A DNA stretch of 64,000 nt from Octopus bimaculoides. Taxonomy: Eukaryota. The stretch lies in NCBI RefSeq assembly GCF_001194135.2, contig NC_068995.1:36770466-36834465 (forward strand), written 5' to 3'. The position numbers and the translations under genes were made by a program. Under the pieces are notes generated by a model that worked only from the letters and a program-made list of their open reading frames with translations, was not told where the DNA came from and did not search any database. Of this stretch, positions 39,319 through 52,863 are shown in pieces; position 1 is the stretch's first letter, and each line of letters starts with the position of its first letter.

Positions 39319-41411
39319 GTATTATCTATAATAATAAAAGTGAAATTCTGTCTGCCCATATGGGACCTCTGCATCTCAGTCTACATTTGCTCTATATAGA
39401 CATATTATACCTTTTGGAAATCAGAATGATCCTCTTCATTTGATTTTTGAACATCCAATATTGGGATCTGATTTAAAAGCATTTGGGTTGCTATTTCTAG
39501 CAGGTAAAGCTTGGTTGATTCACACTATCTTGGTTGGCGTTTGCCAGATGATGTTAAAGATCAAGGGGAGAGATAAATGACATTTGCTTCGTTAATTTTA
39601 CACCGAGATAAGAACTTTGGGACAAATTGGCCAACAGTTGGAGTTCAACTTGGGACTGGAACAATAGAATGATTGCATTACAGAATTAATTCTCATCCGT
39701 CCTTAACCCCTGATCAAACACCACCAGGGCATATTGTCACTATATACGTATTATAGTCATGCTATTTTGCTGTCTTTAGTTTTGGGCTGCAAGTGTTAGC
39801 TTAAAAGTCCACCTGGAGTGCAGCTTTTAAGTTAGTAGTTAATAAAGTGAGTAATTTAAGAGTGTAGAGGCGCAATGGTCCAGTGGTTAGGTCAGCGGAC
39901 TCGCAGTCATAGGATCACGGTTTCGATTCCCAGACCGGGTGTTGTGAGTGTTTATTGAGCAAAAACACCTAAAGCTCCACGAGGCTCCGGCAGGGGATGG
40001 TGTTAATAAAGTGAGTAATTTAAGAGTAATGAAGAAAAAACTAGAAGATAAATATGAAAATAAAAATGAAAAACAAAAACAAACTTTTATTTTGTTTATG
40101 TATTTGTTTTGCAAGATTCTTGATGAGAAATTGTGTGTTGAAACAGATATTGTTTTACTTGGGGATGGTCATATTTTAACACTTAAACACACACACTACA
40201 TATTTGGCCTTCACTTCAGCTTTATTATTATTATTATTTTAGGTTCTTTATCAAAGCTCTTGTATCAAACATCCTGTAACCTCTTCAATGAATCTTTATC
40301 CCATGTATCTGCTCTTGACAGAATGACAAAATGGAATAAGAACAAGAGGAGACACATGAGATAAAGAGTTGCTGAAGAGTCACAGGATGTGTGACAAAAG
40401 AGCTTTGACAGAGAAACTAAAATAATAATAAGGCTGAAAGGAAGACCAAATATATATTCTGCTGATAAGGAAAGGCAACTGCTGTGCTGATGAGACAGAA
40501 GAGCTCCCCTTCCCATTAACAATAGGTCCATCCCAATTTGCCATCAAGCAATTGCTCTATCTTCTGTGGAAGTGGAGGTAATTTCAATAAATTAAGAACT
40601 TACCTTGTATGGTATTTAATATATCATTATACATTTTTATTGTTCAAATACATACCACAAGGGTATGTGGGTATTTTGAAAACACTTCATGGAGTGACAA
40701 CAATGCCCAGCATAGTTACAGGCTGCTCTTTGGCAAGGCATAGAACCTGTTTAGCTACCCTGCCAGAGATATATCAAAGTTATGGGACTGCAGCCTGGTG
40801 GATTGTGAAAAGGTAGTGGACAAGTTCAACTGAGCCAACGGTGCTTCTTACATTGATGCTGAGCAGAGGAAGCCTAGAAGATCAATGGTCAGGATCACAC
40901 ATCCATAGAGGTGTCGTCCGTGGTTGTGTAATTGGTGAATGAAAGACTCCCTATGACTCAAGCCTGAGGACTCTACCTCTATGACACTCTTGGGAATTGC
41001 TGGTGGGGTAGCAACAGAGAGTCATGGTAAGCCATGCAGATAGTGAAACTGAGATGATGATGAGGTAGTGGTGCCACAGACCAGCAAAGGATATAAAATC
41101 ATATGCTTCTTTTTACTTTTACAAAATATTTTCACTCCCGAAATTCAGTAAAAAATATTCTGTTGAACTAGATTAGAATATGCATGGAATTAACACATGA
41201 ACACTTGATCAATTTCTCAAGCAGAATGGTTGAGTTGAGTGATTTCCACACTCAATATTTGAATGTCTTCAGCATTTATCAATTTTGGAAAAAAAGGAAA
41301 ACAAAATCGACTTCAGTGGAAAATGAATATAAAAAGTTAAGGCAAAATGTAATTATATAAGATATTTATTTAGTCCACTGCTGTGTGGCCTCATCATTTT
41401 CAGTGCACTTA

Positions 41412-41652
41412 CTGTATTTACTCATCTATAAGTCATACTATTTTATAAAAACTGGGGTATAACTTACACGTGGAGTAAAGCTGAAATTATAAAGGGAAAA
41501 AAATTTGTACCAAGATATAACATTAAACTTGGGGTGTGACTTAGATATGGGACAAAGCTAAAACTATGAAGAGAAAAAATTTGTACCAAGATTTAATATT
41601 AAATTAGAGATGCGACTTAAACACGATTGTGACTTATACGCAGGTAAGTAGG
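41412..41652. mobile_element. Probable Tigger/pogo-type MITE
   Basis: Imperfect TIRs ctgtatttactcatctataagtc / gacttatacgcaggtaagtag after a TA, and an internal ~80 bp duplication (aaaaaatttgtaccaagat). Confidence 0.4.
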
Positions 41653-42549
41653 TTATATTATTTATAGATGCAAAAGAAATGTGATATATAGAGCAGAGAT
41701 TATAAAATTGTATCTATAAGTTTGTATGAAGTGCTATAAGTCAGTGAAATTTTCATATTCCTGAGTGGATTGTAATGAAAATGATTGTTGACAATCATAA
41801 GCTAGAGTAATAGCTTCATTGAACCTAGATCTATGTGATAAGGTCAGGTAAATTAGGAATAGGGTCTTGTGCCATTGCAGCATATCTCTGCACCCACCAT
41901 TTGTTGGTATTTGCTTGGGTCTTCCCAGCAGAGGCATAGCCAGGTTCTAAAGTTAGGGGGAATGACCACATAAAAAAAAAAGGCGCTGTGACATGTATCA
42001 AACAATTTTTAACTGATTTCTCTTATATTATGTGAAATATTTCATTAGTTATAGTACACATAATTGTATTTTATGTTCATTAATTTCATGTTTAAGTAAC
42101 AATGTCATTATGTATGAAACTTACAACTACTGACGTAGGTGTGACATAAAAAAAAAGATGAATCTCCATAGGATTGTGTTGAGAGGTTATGATGTCGAGT
42201 TCGTTTTGGTTCTTCAGATGTCAGTGACCATCAACACATCACAAGAGACTGAGCAGACAGTTCAAAAACGCAGGAGGTTAGTCAAATAAAGTAATGACTC
42301 CAGAAAGTTCTTCCAAGGTCATGTAATTAACAAGAAAAAAAAAAAAAGCTAATTTAAAAAAAAATGTGCTTCCCTACTAGCAATGTCACTGCGTCCAGAG
42401 CAACCCTCTCAGCAGTGTCCCAGTCAGGCCCCATCTCTGAGATACTTTCTCATCAGCCGTGACCATGTGGCACATGCAGTGAACTGTTTTATACTCCATT
42501 GTATTTAAAGCTGAAAAAGTCAAGTCAATCCATTGTGTATTCTCTAATA

Positions 42550-42836
42550 CAGGGGTTTTCAAACTTTTTGACTTGCGGACCCCTTTATATTTCAGGCTTT
42601 ACCTTAGGGACCCCCTTATAAACGCTTATGAAATTTATACATAAATATTTGCTTAAAATAACATATATTTTTACACTTATTTATTTAACAAATAGGTTTA
42701 TTGTCAATTAAAAGATTTCGATTAAAAAACATGTATAAAATCAAATTGCCCATAAAAAGCATTTGCTGTTCACGGACCCCCTGTCTTGTCCTTGCGGACC
42801 CCCTGTGGTCCGCGGACCACAGTTTGAAAACCCCTG
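42550..42836. mobile_element. Complete hAT (Charlie-type) MITE, 287 bp (exact boundaries)
   Basis: Perfect 16-bp TIRs caggggttttcaaact / agtttgaaaacccctg and perfect 8-bp TSD ctctaata at 42542-42549 and 42837-42844. Confidence 0.92.
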
Positions 42837-43859
42837 CTCTAATACGAAAGAAACACACACACACAAAAGGAGAAAAACTGGGTTTCTGGAAACCTTGGGA
42901 AGATAAAATAATGTGAGAAACTAACAAGGAATTGACTTCAAAAATAAAATTTGTTTTTTTTTTATTTGATTGTAATATATTTTATCTTATGTGTTTCAGT
43001 CATTGGACTACGGCCATGCTGGGGCACTGCCTCAAAGAGTTTTTTTTTAGTTGAATGAATTGACCCCAGTACTTATTTTTTAAAAGCCTTATCAGTCACT
43101 GTTGTCAAACTACAAAATTATGGGTATGTAAACAAACCAACACTAGTTGTCAAGCGATGCTGGGGCCAAACACAAACACATAGATATATACATGTATTTT
43201 TTAATGTATATGTTTGGATAAAAATATATGTATGTGTTATACATATATTTTCATATGTTGGGCTTCTTTCAGTTTTCATCTACCAAATCCATGCGCAAAG
43301 CTTTGGTTGGCCTGGCACTATAGTAGAAGATATTTACCCACGGTGCCATGCTGTGGGACTGAACCCAAAACCATGTAGTTGGGAAGCAAACTTCTTACCA
43401 CACAAAGACAGTTGATCATCCATTCAATTAGTGATAGGAAAAAAGTGTGTAAAATAGAAGGAAAATTCAAAGCTTTAAAAAATTTGTTTATAGAAAATAT
43501 ACTTAAGAGGTTATATGTGTATAATAATCATTATCTTCATGAAAATGAAGTGTGATTAGTTTTAAAATGGAGGAGTGACTCAACAAAGTTCGAACTATTG
43601 ATTATGTCTCAGTTATGGATAGGAAAAAATATGTAAAATATGATAAAAATTCAAAGATCCTTTTAAAAAATAGCATTTTATAATATTAAAAAATATAGTT
43701 GGCGAGAATAATGTAATAATCACTATCGTCATTAATATAAAGGGTGATTAATATAAAGGGTGATTGATTGGTTATTTGTTTCAAACTAAGAGAGGGGTGA
43801 TACTACAACATTCGAAATGTTCGCTCCCTGAAGAGAAAAACCCTTGTGAAGGGTGGGTG

Positions 43860-43922
43860 GGATGACGTCATCTGTGACGTCATGGACGTGTGTTGAATCT
43901 CTAGAGGAGGTCGCCATCTTTT
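43860..43922. promoter_or_regulatory. Two perfect CRE palindromes plus a YY1-type motif
   Basis: TGACGTCA at 43863-43870 and 43875-43882; CGCCATCTT at 43912-43920 (AAGATGGCG on the minus strand). Lies at the left edge of the CpG-rich domain. Confidence 0.55.
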
Positions 43923-45188
43923 CTTTTAGAAGTGTGCAAACCAAGAGAGGAACTTCTGCCGTCCTCTAACATTCAAAGTGAAGAGAGGTAGATAAAAAAA
44001 ATGAGAGAGAGATAGAGATAGTGATAGGAATCTAAACATTGAAAGAAAAAAACAAAAAAAAGGGTTTGGAGAGAGAGAAAAAAAAAGGGAATAATGGACG
44101 CTTAAAGAGAGGTCGGAATGTGTGTGTCGCACAAATAATCTTGTCTTTTCTATTCAAGCCAAAAAACATACAAGTACAACAAAAATTTTCTTCATTTATC
44201 TCTTCATATACTCGCTTTTTTTTCCCCAAAAAAGAAGAAAGAAAGAAACAAGTGATTCCTTTTCATATGTGTGCTTGATTAGGTATACTGTACCATATAT
44301 ATATATATATATGTATATATATGTACAATTCGATGCTCTGTTGATCTTTTTATGAGACAACGAGAAGCAAAAATACCTAAAAGAAATCAAAGCTTCCTCC
44401 AAAATACGACCGTTTAATACATTACATGATATAACTTATTTACTGCTTCCCCTCATTTTCTGTCAAATATAATATATACACACATATATGTATATATACG
44501 GCCAAAAAACATCATTAATATATATCTACACACAAAAATCCTTCACGAAACAACACAAAATCCCAAATAATATTTTACTTCAGGTATTTAATATCCTCCA
44601 AATCTTCCTTCAATCTATTTTCCTCGTCCTCCATTCATGATAATTCTTCTAAAACATCTCTTTTTACATTATATACACTAGCTATAACTGCACATTGCTG
44701 TTTTATTTATAATCTTATCTTCCTAATAATAATTTCCACATATCATCATCATTCACAAACTTGCACCAATTCTACTCTACATAAGTTGATGGTATATAAT
44801 TTTTTTTTGTTTTGTAAATATTTGTTCATTTCAGGTATAGTAAAAGAAATATACATACATATATATGTATATATGTATATATATTTAACAATTTAGTTGG
44901 AATGATCGTATAAATGTGTGTGTTAATTATTGTTTTTACTTGTTTCTATCTCTATCTTTAAAACTAAGTGAATATATATACATACATATATACATGCACA
45001 CACACACATATATATATACACATACTTTTACATATACATGCATTATATATCCTTAGATAACTACTCTTATCTATTTGCTTTACCTATCAGCTGTATAATT
45101 TATTAATTTTGCTAATATTCTTGTCAGAACAGGGGAATGTAAAAGCAGTAATACATACATACCTACATACACGCACATTGATATACAT

Positions 45189-45257
<69 letters not shown>

Positions 45258-45891
45258 GTGATATTCACAAACACAATATAAATATCCCACTCTAAATACG
45301 TTACTGGAAATATTGGCGATCAAAAGTCAAAGACAAGTTCCCACTGTTAAACGAACAATCTGTTGGTAGTTATTAGTCAAAAATCCATTGAAAACAACTA
45401 CTTGACATCACTTGGAATAAAAAGAAAAATCATCCCTTTCTAGGAAAAAAAAAAAGAAACAGAGGATAAATATATATATACATATATATATATCACCAAC
45501 AACTATATACTCATTCAGAAGGAAGGAGCCTATATTCTCCCTTAATCAATTTTTTAGTAATTTTTTTTAAAAAGAAAATATATTGATATATATATATATA
45601 CTCTCTCAATATCTGCATATTTCCTCTATCTCTCTCTTCACTTACAAGAAAAAAAACCTTATATTACTAATCTAGCATAGTCTCAACCACTAGCCATTAT
45701 TTGCTGCTATCAGCAAGGATATTGTAATTTACAGATGAAGGTAAATCTGGCTTTAACATAAATTATGTTAATGAAGGTAGCAACGTCTAAATCTATCTTT
45801 TTTTTTTTTAAACTCCACCTTAATAATAATAATAATAATAATAATAATGATAATAATAATAATAATGATAATAATAATAATAATAATAATG

Positions 45892-45923
<32 letters not shown>

Positions 45924-47139
45924 CTATTTGTAATCCCTACCCCGATAAATAATACTACGTAACAGTTTATCATCAACAATATTGGCGGCATATTTTGATA
46001 GATCTGTCATTGATTGATAGTTAATTAATTAGGTTTGTCGCCCATCGATTGTCGAAATCGATAAATTTTTGGAAAAACAAAATACCAATGAAACTTTTTC
46101 CAATTTGGAAACTTTTTGCAATAGCTTTGCCATTTAATATATATATATCTATCTATCTATATATATACACACACTAGTGAGTTCTGCTAGGTCCTGTCTT
46201 CGCTATTACATACATCCACTGTAATTGGATTTCATGCCAAAATTGGCCCAACATTAGGACCCACAAATAGTAAAGCTGTTAACCTGGTCATCTCCAGGAC
46301 AAACCTAATACATCCATACATATATATATACATATATATATATATCCTGATCGATCGATGTTGAGGTTTTGCTACTGAATAGGAAAACAAGAAACTTCGT
46401 CTTTTTAGGCCTCAGCTTTAACAGATAAAGAAATCACAATAAGACTTCTTCCATGAAGAACGTGATGGTGGTGGTGGTGGTATAAACGAACCAAAGAACA
46501 AAGAAATCTTCGATGACGCAACAGTGCTTATAATAATAACAACCATAACATTAATCTTTAATTCAAAAGTTTCTGTAGAACCCCTGAGAGGCACTGACCT
46601 AATCAACCTTCCCCATCGCGATTTTCGAAATAATATTAAACATCAAAGACTGTGTTTCGGGATTTGGGTGGTGAAATTTCATTTTTTTTACACCGAAAAA
46701 CAGGCAAAGCATTACGAAAATATGAACAAATTTTTATTCTTTTTACACATTAGATTTTTTTTAACTGAAAGGAAAATTTACGGTAGTTGTTGGCAATTAA
46801 TATATAGCCTATGTAGATTTCATTTACATCAATCCTTTATTAAAAATCTTTAAAACATTAAATATGGAATTCCCAATAAGATATATTTTTATATAATTTT
46901 TTTAAATACAATAATTATACATTTATTTTTCAGTATTTATTTTATTACATCAAATATAAATATATTTCTTTTGCATAAATTTAACATCGAAGACTATTCT
47001 TGTATCGTTTATCTATTATTTTCTCTTATCAGGCAAACTGGAAAACGTAACTACCTCCATATTTAACTCCCCTTTTTGTACGGCTCCATCCCCCACTCAT
47101 ACTCTCTATTTCTCTAATTCGTTTCGTTTCGCTTGTTTT

Positions 47140-47285
47140 GTCGTCGCATTGACGTTAATACTACGTTTCTGTTTCTCCATTCCGCCTTTTGCCTACACCC
47201 CATTGTGTGGGACTGACACGTGACCTAGTTCTAACCTCCATCACTTGAAGACCACTGCTTGTCGTCGACGTCATATAGCGAGTTT
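47140..47285. promoter_or_regulatory. Candidate core promoter region (E-box and half-CRE motifs, CpG dense)
   Basis: TGACACGTGAC E-box near 47215-47225, CGACGTCA near 47266, ATTGACGTTA near 47148, and dense CpG in an otherwise AT-rich background. Confidence 0.35.
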
Positions 47286-48076
47286 TTGGACATTTCTCTT
47301 TCAAATACTCCAAGTGGACTCAACTTAAAATAATAGGATATATTGGTTTACCACTTCTCTGAGTAGTTGTGGTGAAAACAAGGTTTCTATCCTCAACCGA
47401 GAAGAAAAAGGAGCTGATTTTTTTTTACATCCTTTTCTATTCACTGTTAGTGTGTCTCCTTTTCTTAACTTTTTTTTTTTAAATATACATATATGATATA
47501 TACAATATATATATATATATAATATATATACATATATATATACCTATAGACTCTCCAATCCTTGTCTTCCGCCCATCTTTTTTTACGAGGTATAATAATC
47601 ACATTTTTTTCACTCCTGATTATTTGCCGTACAATAACGTACAGTGAAGTATCACTAAATTTCAATCCGGGGTCATATTTTAAAGGAAAAAAAAAAATTA
47701 GTATTTTAACCCTGTCGTCTCCTCGATCTCTATGAATTTTATTTCTTCAGGCCTTACCTACCCTCTTTTTAGTGTTTGTCAGAAGTGGAGAGGAAATCCC
47801 ACCTTAATCACTACCAGCTACCACATTGTATCTTAACCAGAATGCCGTTTCTTGCTGGCTTAAATTGCCTTGCTGGCATTAATACCATTACTCAAATTTT
47901 CCATAAGAATCTTAAATTTTATATTATCAGATTAAATATCGCAAAAAGAAAAAGAACAGGTATAAATTTTTTTCCCTTTATTTAAAAAAAAATAGTCATA
48001 TATATAATATATATATATAAAAAAACATAATTTAAATAGATTTATACAACTATATGTATATATATTTATCTTACAG

Positions 48077-48174
48077 TAGTGAAGAAAAAAAAACAAAACA
48101 AAGCAGTCCCCCCCAAAACCTTAGATGGTTTCGGAATAAAAGGGAATTTTTTCTTGTGTGTGGTGGAAATCACG
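48077..48174 (+). other. Candidate non-coding 5' UTR exon of the ZC3H4-like gene
   Basis: Acceptor tttatcttacag| and canonical donor cacg|gtaagt inside the CpG-rich domain upstream of coding exon 1. No expression evidence. Confidence 0.35.
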
Positions 48175-49754
48175 GTAAGTAATCGGAATCAATCACCACG
48201 GTGAAATTACGAAAACTGCTAAGTATATTTTTTTTTACCATAATGGCGAACGTATGAGACTATAAATGAGGTCAAATTTGTCGCCACCACTCGAAGTATT
48301 ACTAGCACTACTACATTTACACCACTGCTGGTTGTAGTAGTAGTAGTAGCAAGCCCGATTACTTACGAAAAGCTTTTATCGTTAATGACTAATGTTAACA
48401 CTAGGAAGTGAAAAAACATTAGTGCCCGTAATAATATATATATCTATCTTTTAAGTCTGAAATAATGAAAGCGATGTTTCTGCAGAAATATAATTCTTAA
48501 TTTCAAGACTCAGATACAAGTGAATTTACGCAGTAAGTTTTACACGATGGTAGTAATGGTGAAGAAGGGAGGATAATGTTGATTAAATAGCACCCTTCTC
48601 TCTCTATCTCTCTCCCCCCCCATGGATGCTAGCATAAGGTCAGTACTATGACGACATGAAAAAAATATATATATATACCATGGAAATTTGTGTATGGTTA
48701 GCGGCTAGTTGGAGAGGCTGTAACTTTTCATTTCCCTCTCTACCTTTATTTAGGTTGTGAGGTGGGTACTGAGGTGAGATAATGTACGAGAGAAAGTCTG
48801 TGTTTTGTAAGAAGTAGCAGCATGTCTGATTTTAGAATGGTTGATCAAGGAATTCACTTCGTTGCCCTTATAATAATAATAATATATTGTGTTGTGTTGT
48901 CCTAGATTTTGTACTATATATATACTCTTATCGTAACTGTCATATCCAGTATGGATATGGATACATTGATACGTAAGATGACTAAGGTTTCTGCACTCTA
49001 TATATTACAACATAACTAGTTCGCTACTTCGTTGTTGAATTCGCGCAGCGATCGGCTTAGCACTTCATACCTTCGTGGGTGATGGTGGTGGAGTCGATGA
49101 ATTATGAGAACCGGGGGACATTCAATCGCCTGTATACCCCTTCCTCTATTAAACTGGCTTCGTGCCTGCTCTCTCATTTATGTTTGGTTATCTTCAAAAC
49201 ACGTCCATACATGCTTGCATAATACTTAAACTACCTGAGCTGTAAAAGTTTGTGTTTAAAATCGTGTGTTAAGCTAATCAGAAATCAAGTGAGAAAGAGA
49301 GTTCGTTACTAGCTCCTGTTTCAACTTGTAAAAAATTCATTAGAAATATTTTTCAATATGCTTGCTCGATGGTTTTAACCGTTCCATCATCCTCTCTTTT
49401 GCTCCTCGTTCCGATCTCATTCCATTAACTCCGACAGACTGATGATTACAGCCAGACTATCAATTCCCCCCCCTCATCTGTTATCGTCTTTGTGTACACG
49501 TATTTGACAATAGTTTGACGGGAGAGAAGTGAATGATGTTTGAATGTTTGCGATCATTCATCATCATCGTCATCAACAACTATATATAAAGGTGTCTGGA
49601 AATTTTCGCAATATATGCACTGTGTAAACAGCACCCACCTACCCCACTAAACGTCCTCTTGCGTTTCCTTAAACGTATTTACTCACATATGGACGCGATC
49701 TCTCTTTGACACGCGCGCACAAACATACATACACACACACGCACAAACATACAT

Positions 49755-49789
<35 letters not shown>

Positions 49790-51801
49790 ACCATATGCAC
49801 ACACGCATAGACATATATCCAGTTTTTCTTGAGTAATTCTAACGGAGATGTAGGGGCGTCATCGTGGCACTCAGCGAGTCCAGAGCATTAAACTTGGCGA
49901 AGCCTGTTTCTTCAAGTGTGTGTGTGTGTGTATGTGCGCGTGCGGACGTGATCACCTCACCTTGCACACAAACACACATAGAGTTTCTCTTCAGGACTCA
50001 GATCGTACCGTGAATTGTACGATTATTTCGACTTCATTAAAATGAAATAATCAATTTTCTCTAGCAGATGTGTCATATTACCAGGGGATCTTTCAATTAT
50101 GTTCTTTCTTCCAGAAATGTAAATATTTTGGTTACAGGATTACTGATTACTTTTCATTCCTCCCTCATTCTCCCTACAACTTCCCTTCTAGTCACGATCG
50201 CCCATCAACGTTGCTTCTATACCCTGTCTCTTCTATAATGACGAAAGAAATTCTATATATCTGTTGCTCTCTTTCTCTCTATCTCCATCTCATTCTCTCT
50301 GTCTCTCGTTTCTAATGTATCTGACTTATAACAGATTCCATTCCCTCTTTTACTTTCCTTTTTTATATATATTTTTCTTATTTCATCTTATTTGCTTCGC
50401 TTTTCGTGACCAAGTCTCTTTCCTCCCCCACCACCTCATCTTCCATCTCACTACATCACCTTAGACACGTTCACACACACACACACACAAGTTTGGTTAC
50501 TGACAAACCGAACTGCCAAGTTATATATAACTTTTATATTATAATGAAATTCCGAAATTGAGCACACTTTGTTATAATTAACGCGTGTATATGTGTGTGT
50601 GTTTGATGTACAAACAAAAGAAGCATTTATACATAAGGGGAGTACGAACGAATGCTAAAAGTGCTCAACACACATATAATAGAGTTACTAGTTTTTTTGC
50701 GACACACACATACACTATATACATATAATCGCACAATACTATGTAAACATTTACACACGCACGCACACACACACACTTTATTTCACCTCGAAATATGTTT
50801 AAAAATGAAAAAAGATAATTCTATTTGCTTAATTTATTGTTATTGTTATTTTTTTCTTCAAGTTTAAGCTAGCTAGTAAACTTACTAACTGATTATAACA
50901 ATCAGGGATCGGCGATTTGCGCAGGAAGTTATTGAGATAAGCTAGCGTCTTCGCCATGGCGATGTGTTTTCTCCTCCTCATATGGGGCTTGTGTGTTTGT
51001 TGGAAGGGTTCACTTTTGAACTCAGGAACGCAACTTAACACCTTTCAAAAAATAGCATTAATTTCGTCTTTCATTCCGATAATAGCATAGACGTCGTTGT
51101 CTATATATATATATCATTATGACTGATTTAAACATCAATATATGTGTTACACATTGTTTCTCAACAACACACTTGAGTCTACCTTTTCCAATTTGAAATA
51201 AAAATGACATTTCTTCTGTATACCGAAAACAAAATATATTTTTAAAAATTTATTTAATTGATATAATTTACTTAATACTCTATAATTGGTTAGTGAAAGT
51301 TAGTTCGGATATATATATATATATATATATAAGAAGATACAGGCACCAAAGAAATATTTGCTTGGAATTTACAGTTCAAATACTCGATTTATTTTAGAAT
51401 TCTAATTCAATAAGCAATGATTCCGTTTACCACTAGCATACCTATCACACGAATAAAAGTGGTTAAAATGTTTTACTTTACTGGAATTCTTTCTGAAATT
51501 TAATTATTTATAATAATTAAGGCAATTACACATCAATCCATTCGTGTATACATGCTTACAACGCATTACTAAAATGTTTATAGGACGTGTGGGGATGGAC
51601 AAAGTATGTAGTTTATGAAAACGGTGGTGGGTGGTGGGACAAAGACTTTATACAACAATACAAATTCTTCCTGACCCTTACAAAACTATTCGTAACAACT
51701 ATGTGAGTGAGGAGTGTTCATGTGTGTGCTCGGATTAGGATAGCTGTTAATGTATTTTACAAGCTGAAGGAATTCGACTGAAAGCTTGCAGAATTATTTT
51801 G

Positions 51802-51843
<42 letters not shown>

Positions 51844-52863
51844 CTAGGCTTATCAATAATAATAAATAAATAAAAGCGTGTATAATGTTTACAAGTTTTT
51901 TTCTTCTTCTGTTAGATACTAGCTTCTGTTTTGATTTTTTTAGATTTTATGTTCTGATATAATTCGTTCTATCTTTGCCTGTTTCCTCTCTACACATATA
52001 ATAAATGGTTCATATTAGCTATGTGTATATATATTTATATGTATGGTGTATGCGTGTAATATACACATCCATACACACACATATATCTATATACAGACAT
52101 ACGTGTGTGTGTGTGAGAGAAACACTAATATCGCCATATGGTTATTTTAGTCAAAGATGTCTTTTTCTTCTGCTCTTGGAGACAATGACTCCTTTAAACT
52201 TCATCCCCACAATAATACAAGGGAAATAACTCTTCTTCGTAGCTGTTTCTTGTGGTGGAGCAGTTTCGAGTTTTGTAAATTGGCAAAGCTAAAAATAAAA
52301 CTTTTACAAAATGTTACATTTCTTTCTATAGAACTAATAGTTTTAATTTTTTTCCCTTGTAATTTATTTATAAAGAAACAAACAAATTATTCAGACTGAG
52401 TTTAAATCAAAAGATATAAAACCTCTTTTTATAAGTGCTAGTTTCATGACACATTCATGCCTTTGCTAAAAATATGTTCATCATTTAATACTAAAAATTT
52501 GGTTTAAAATATTTAAATTCTCATTTCAATAAAATTTTTCTTATAAATTTTGAGAGAACGTGAAATAATTCTATTTTGAAATGTTGTACCTTGTACCTTG
52601 AAGCATATACACTGACCTGTAAACAATATCATGTGAGTAAATTGGGTTGAAAAACCTTTTTGGATAAGAAAACGTCGACATTTTCCAATCCAAAAGAGTT
52701 TTTCTTCTCAGTATTTACATGTTCTTCATGTGTGTTCTTTGAGATATACCATTCTAAAGAAAGAAAAAAAAAAATCTCATTTCAGTATATGGGTTTTAAT
52801 GGTTGAATCTTATTTTTTTTGTATCTTTGGTAGTGTTAATATTGGAATTTGCTATGTCATGCA

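Noticed and set aside
39868-39945. Possible tRNA gene
   Set aside because: The tRNA-like A/B boxes continue into a SINE body shared with 35735-35970, and I could not form a convincing acceptor stem.
46418-46853. Overlapping ORFs on both strands in the CpG-rich domain
   Set aside because: No convincing ATG start or splice-consistent structure; more likely UTR or intron.
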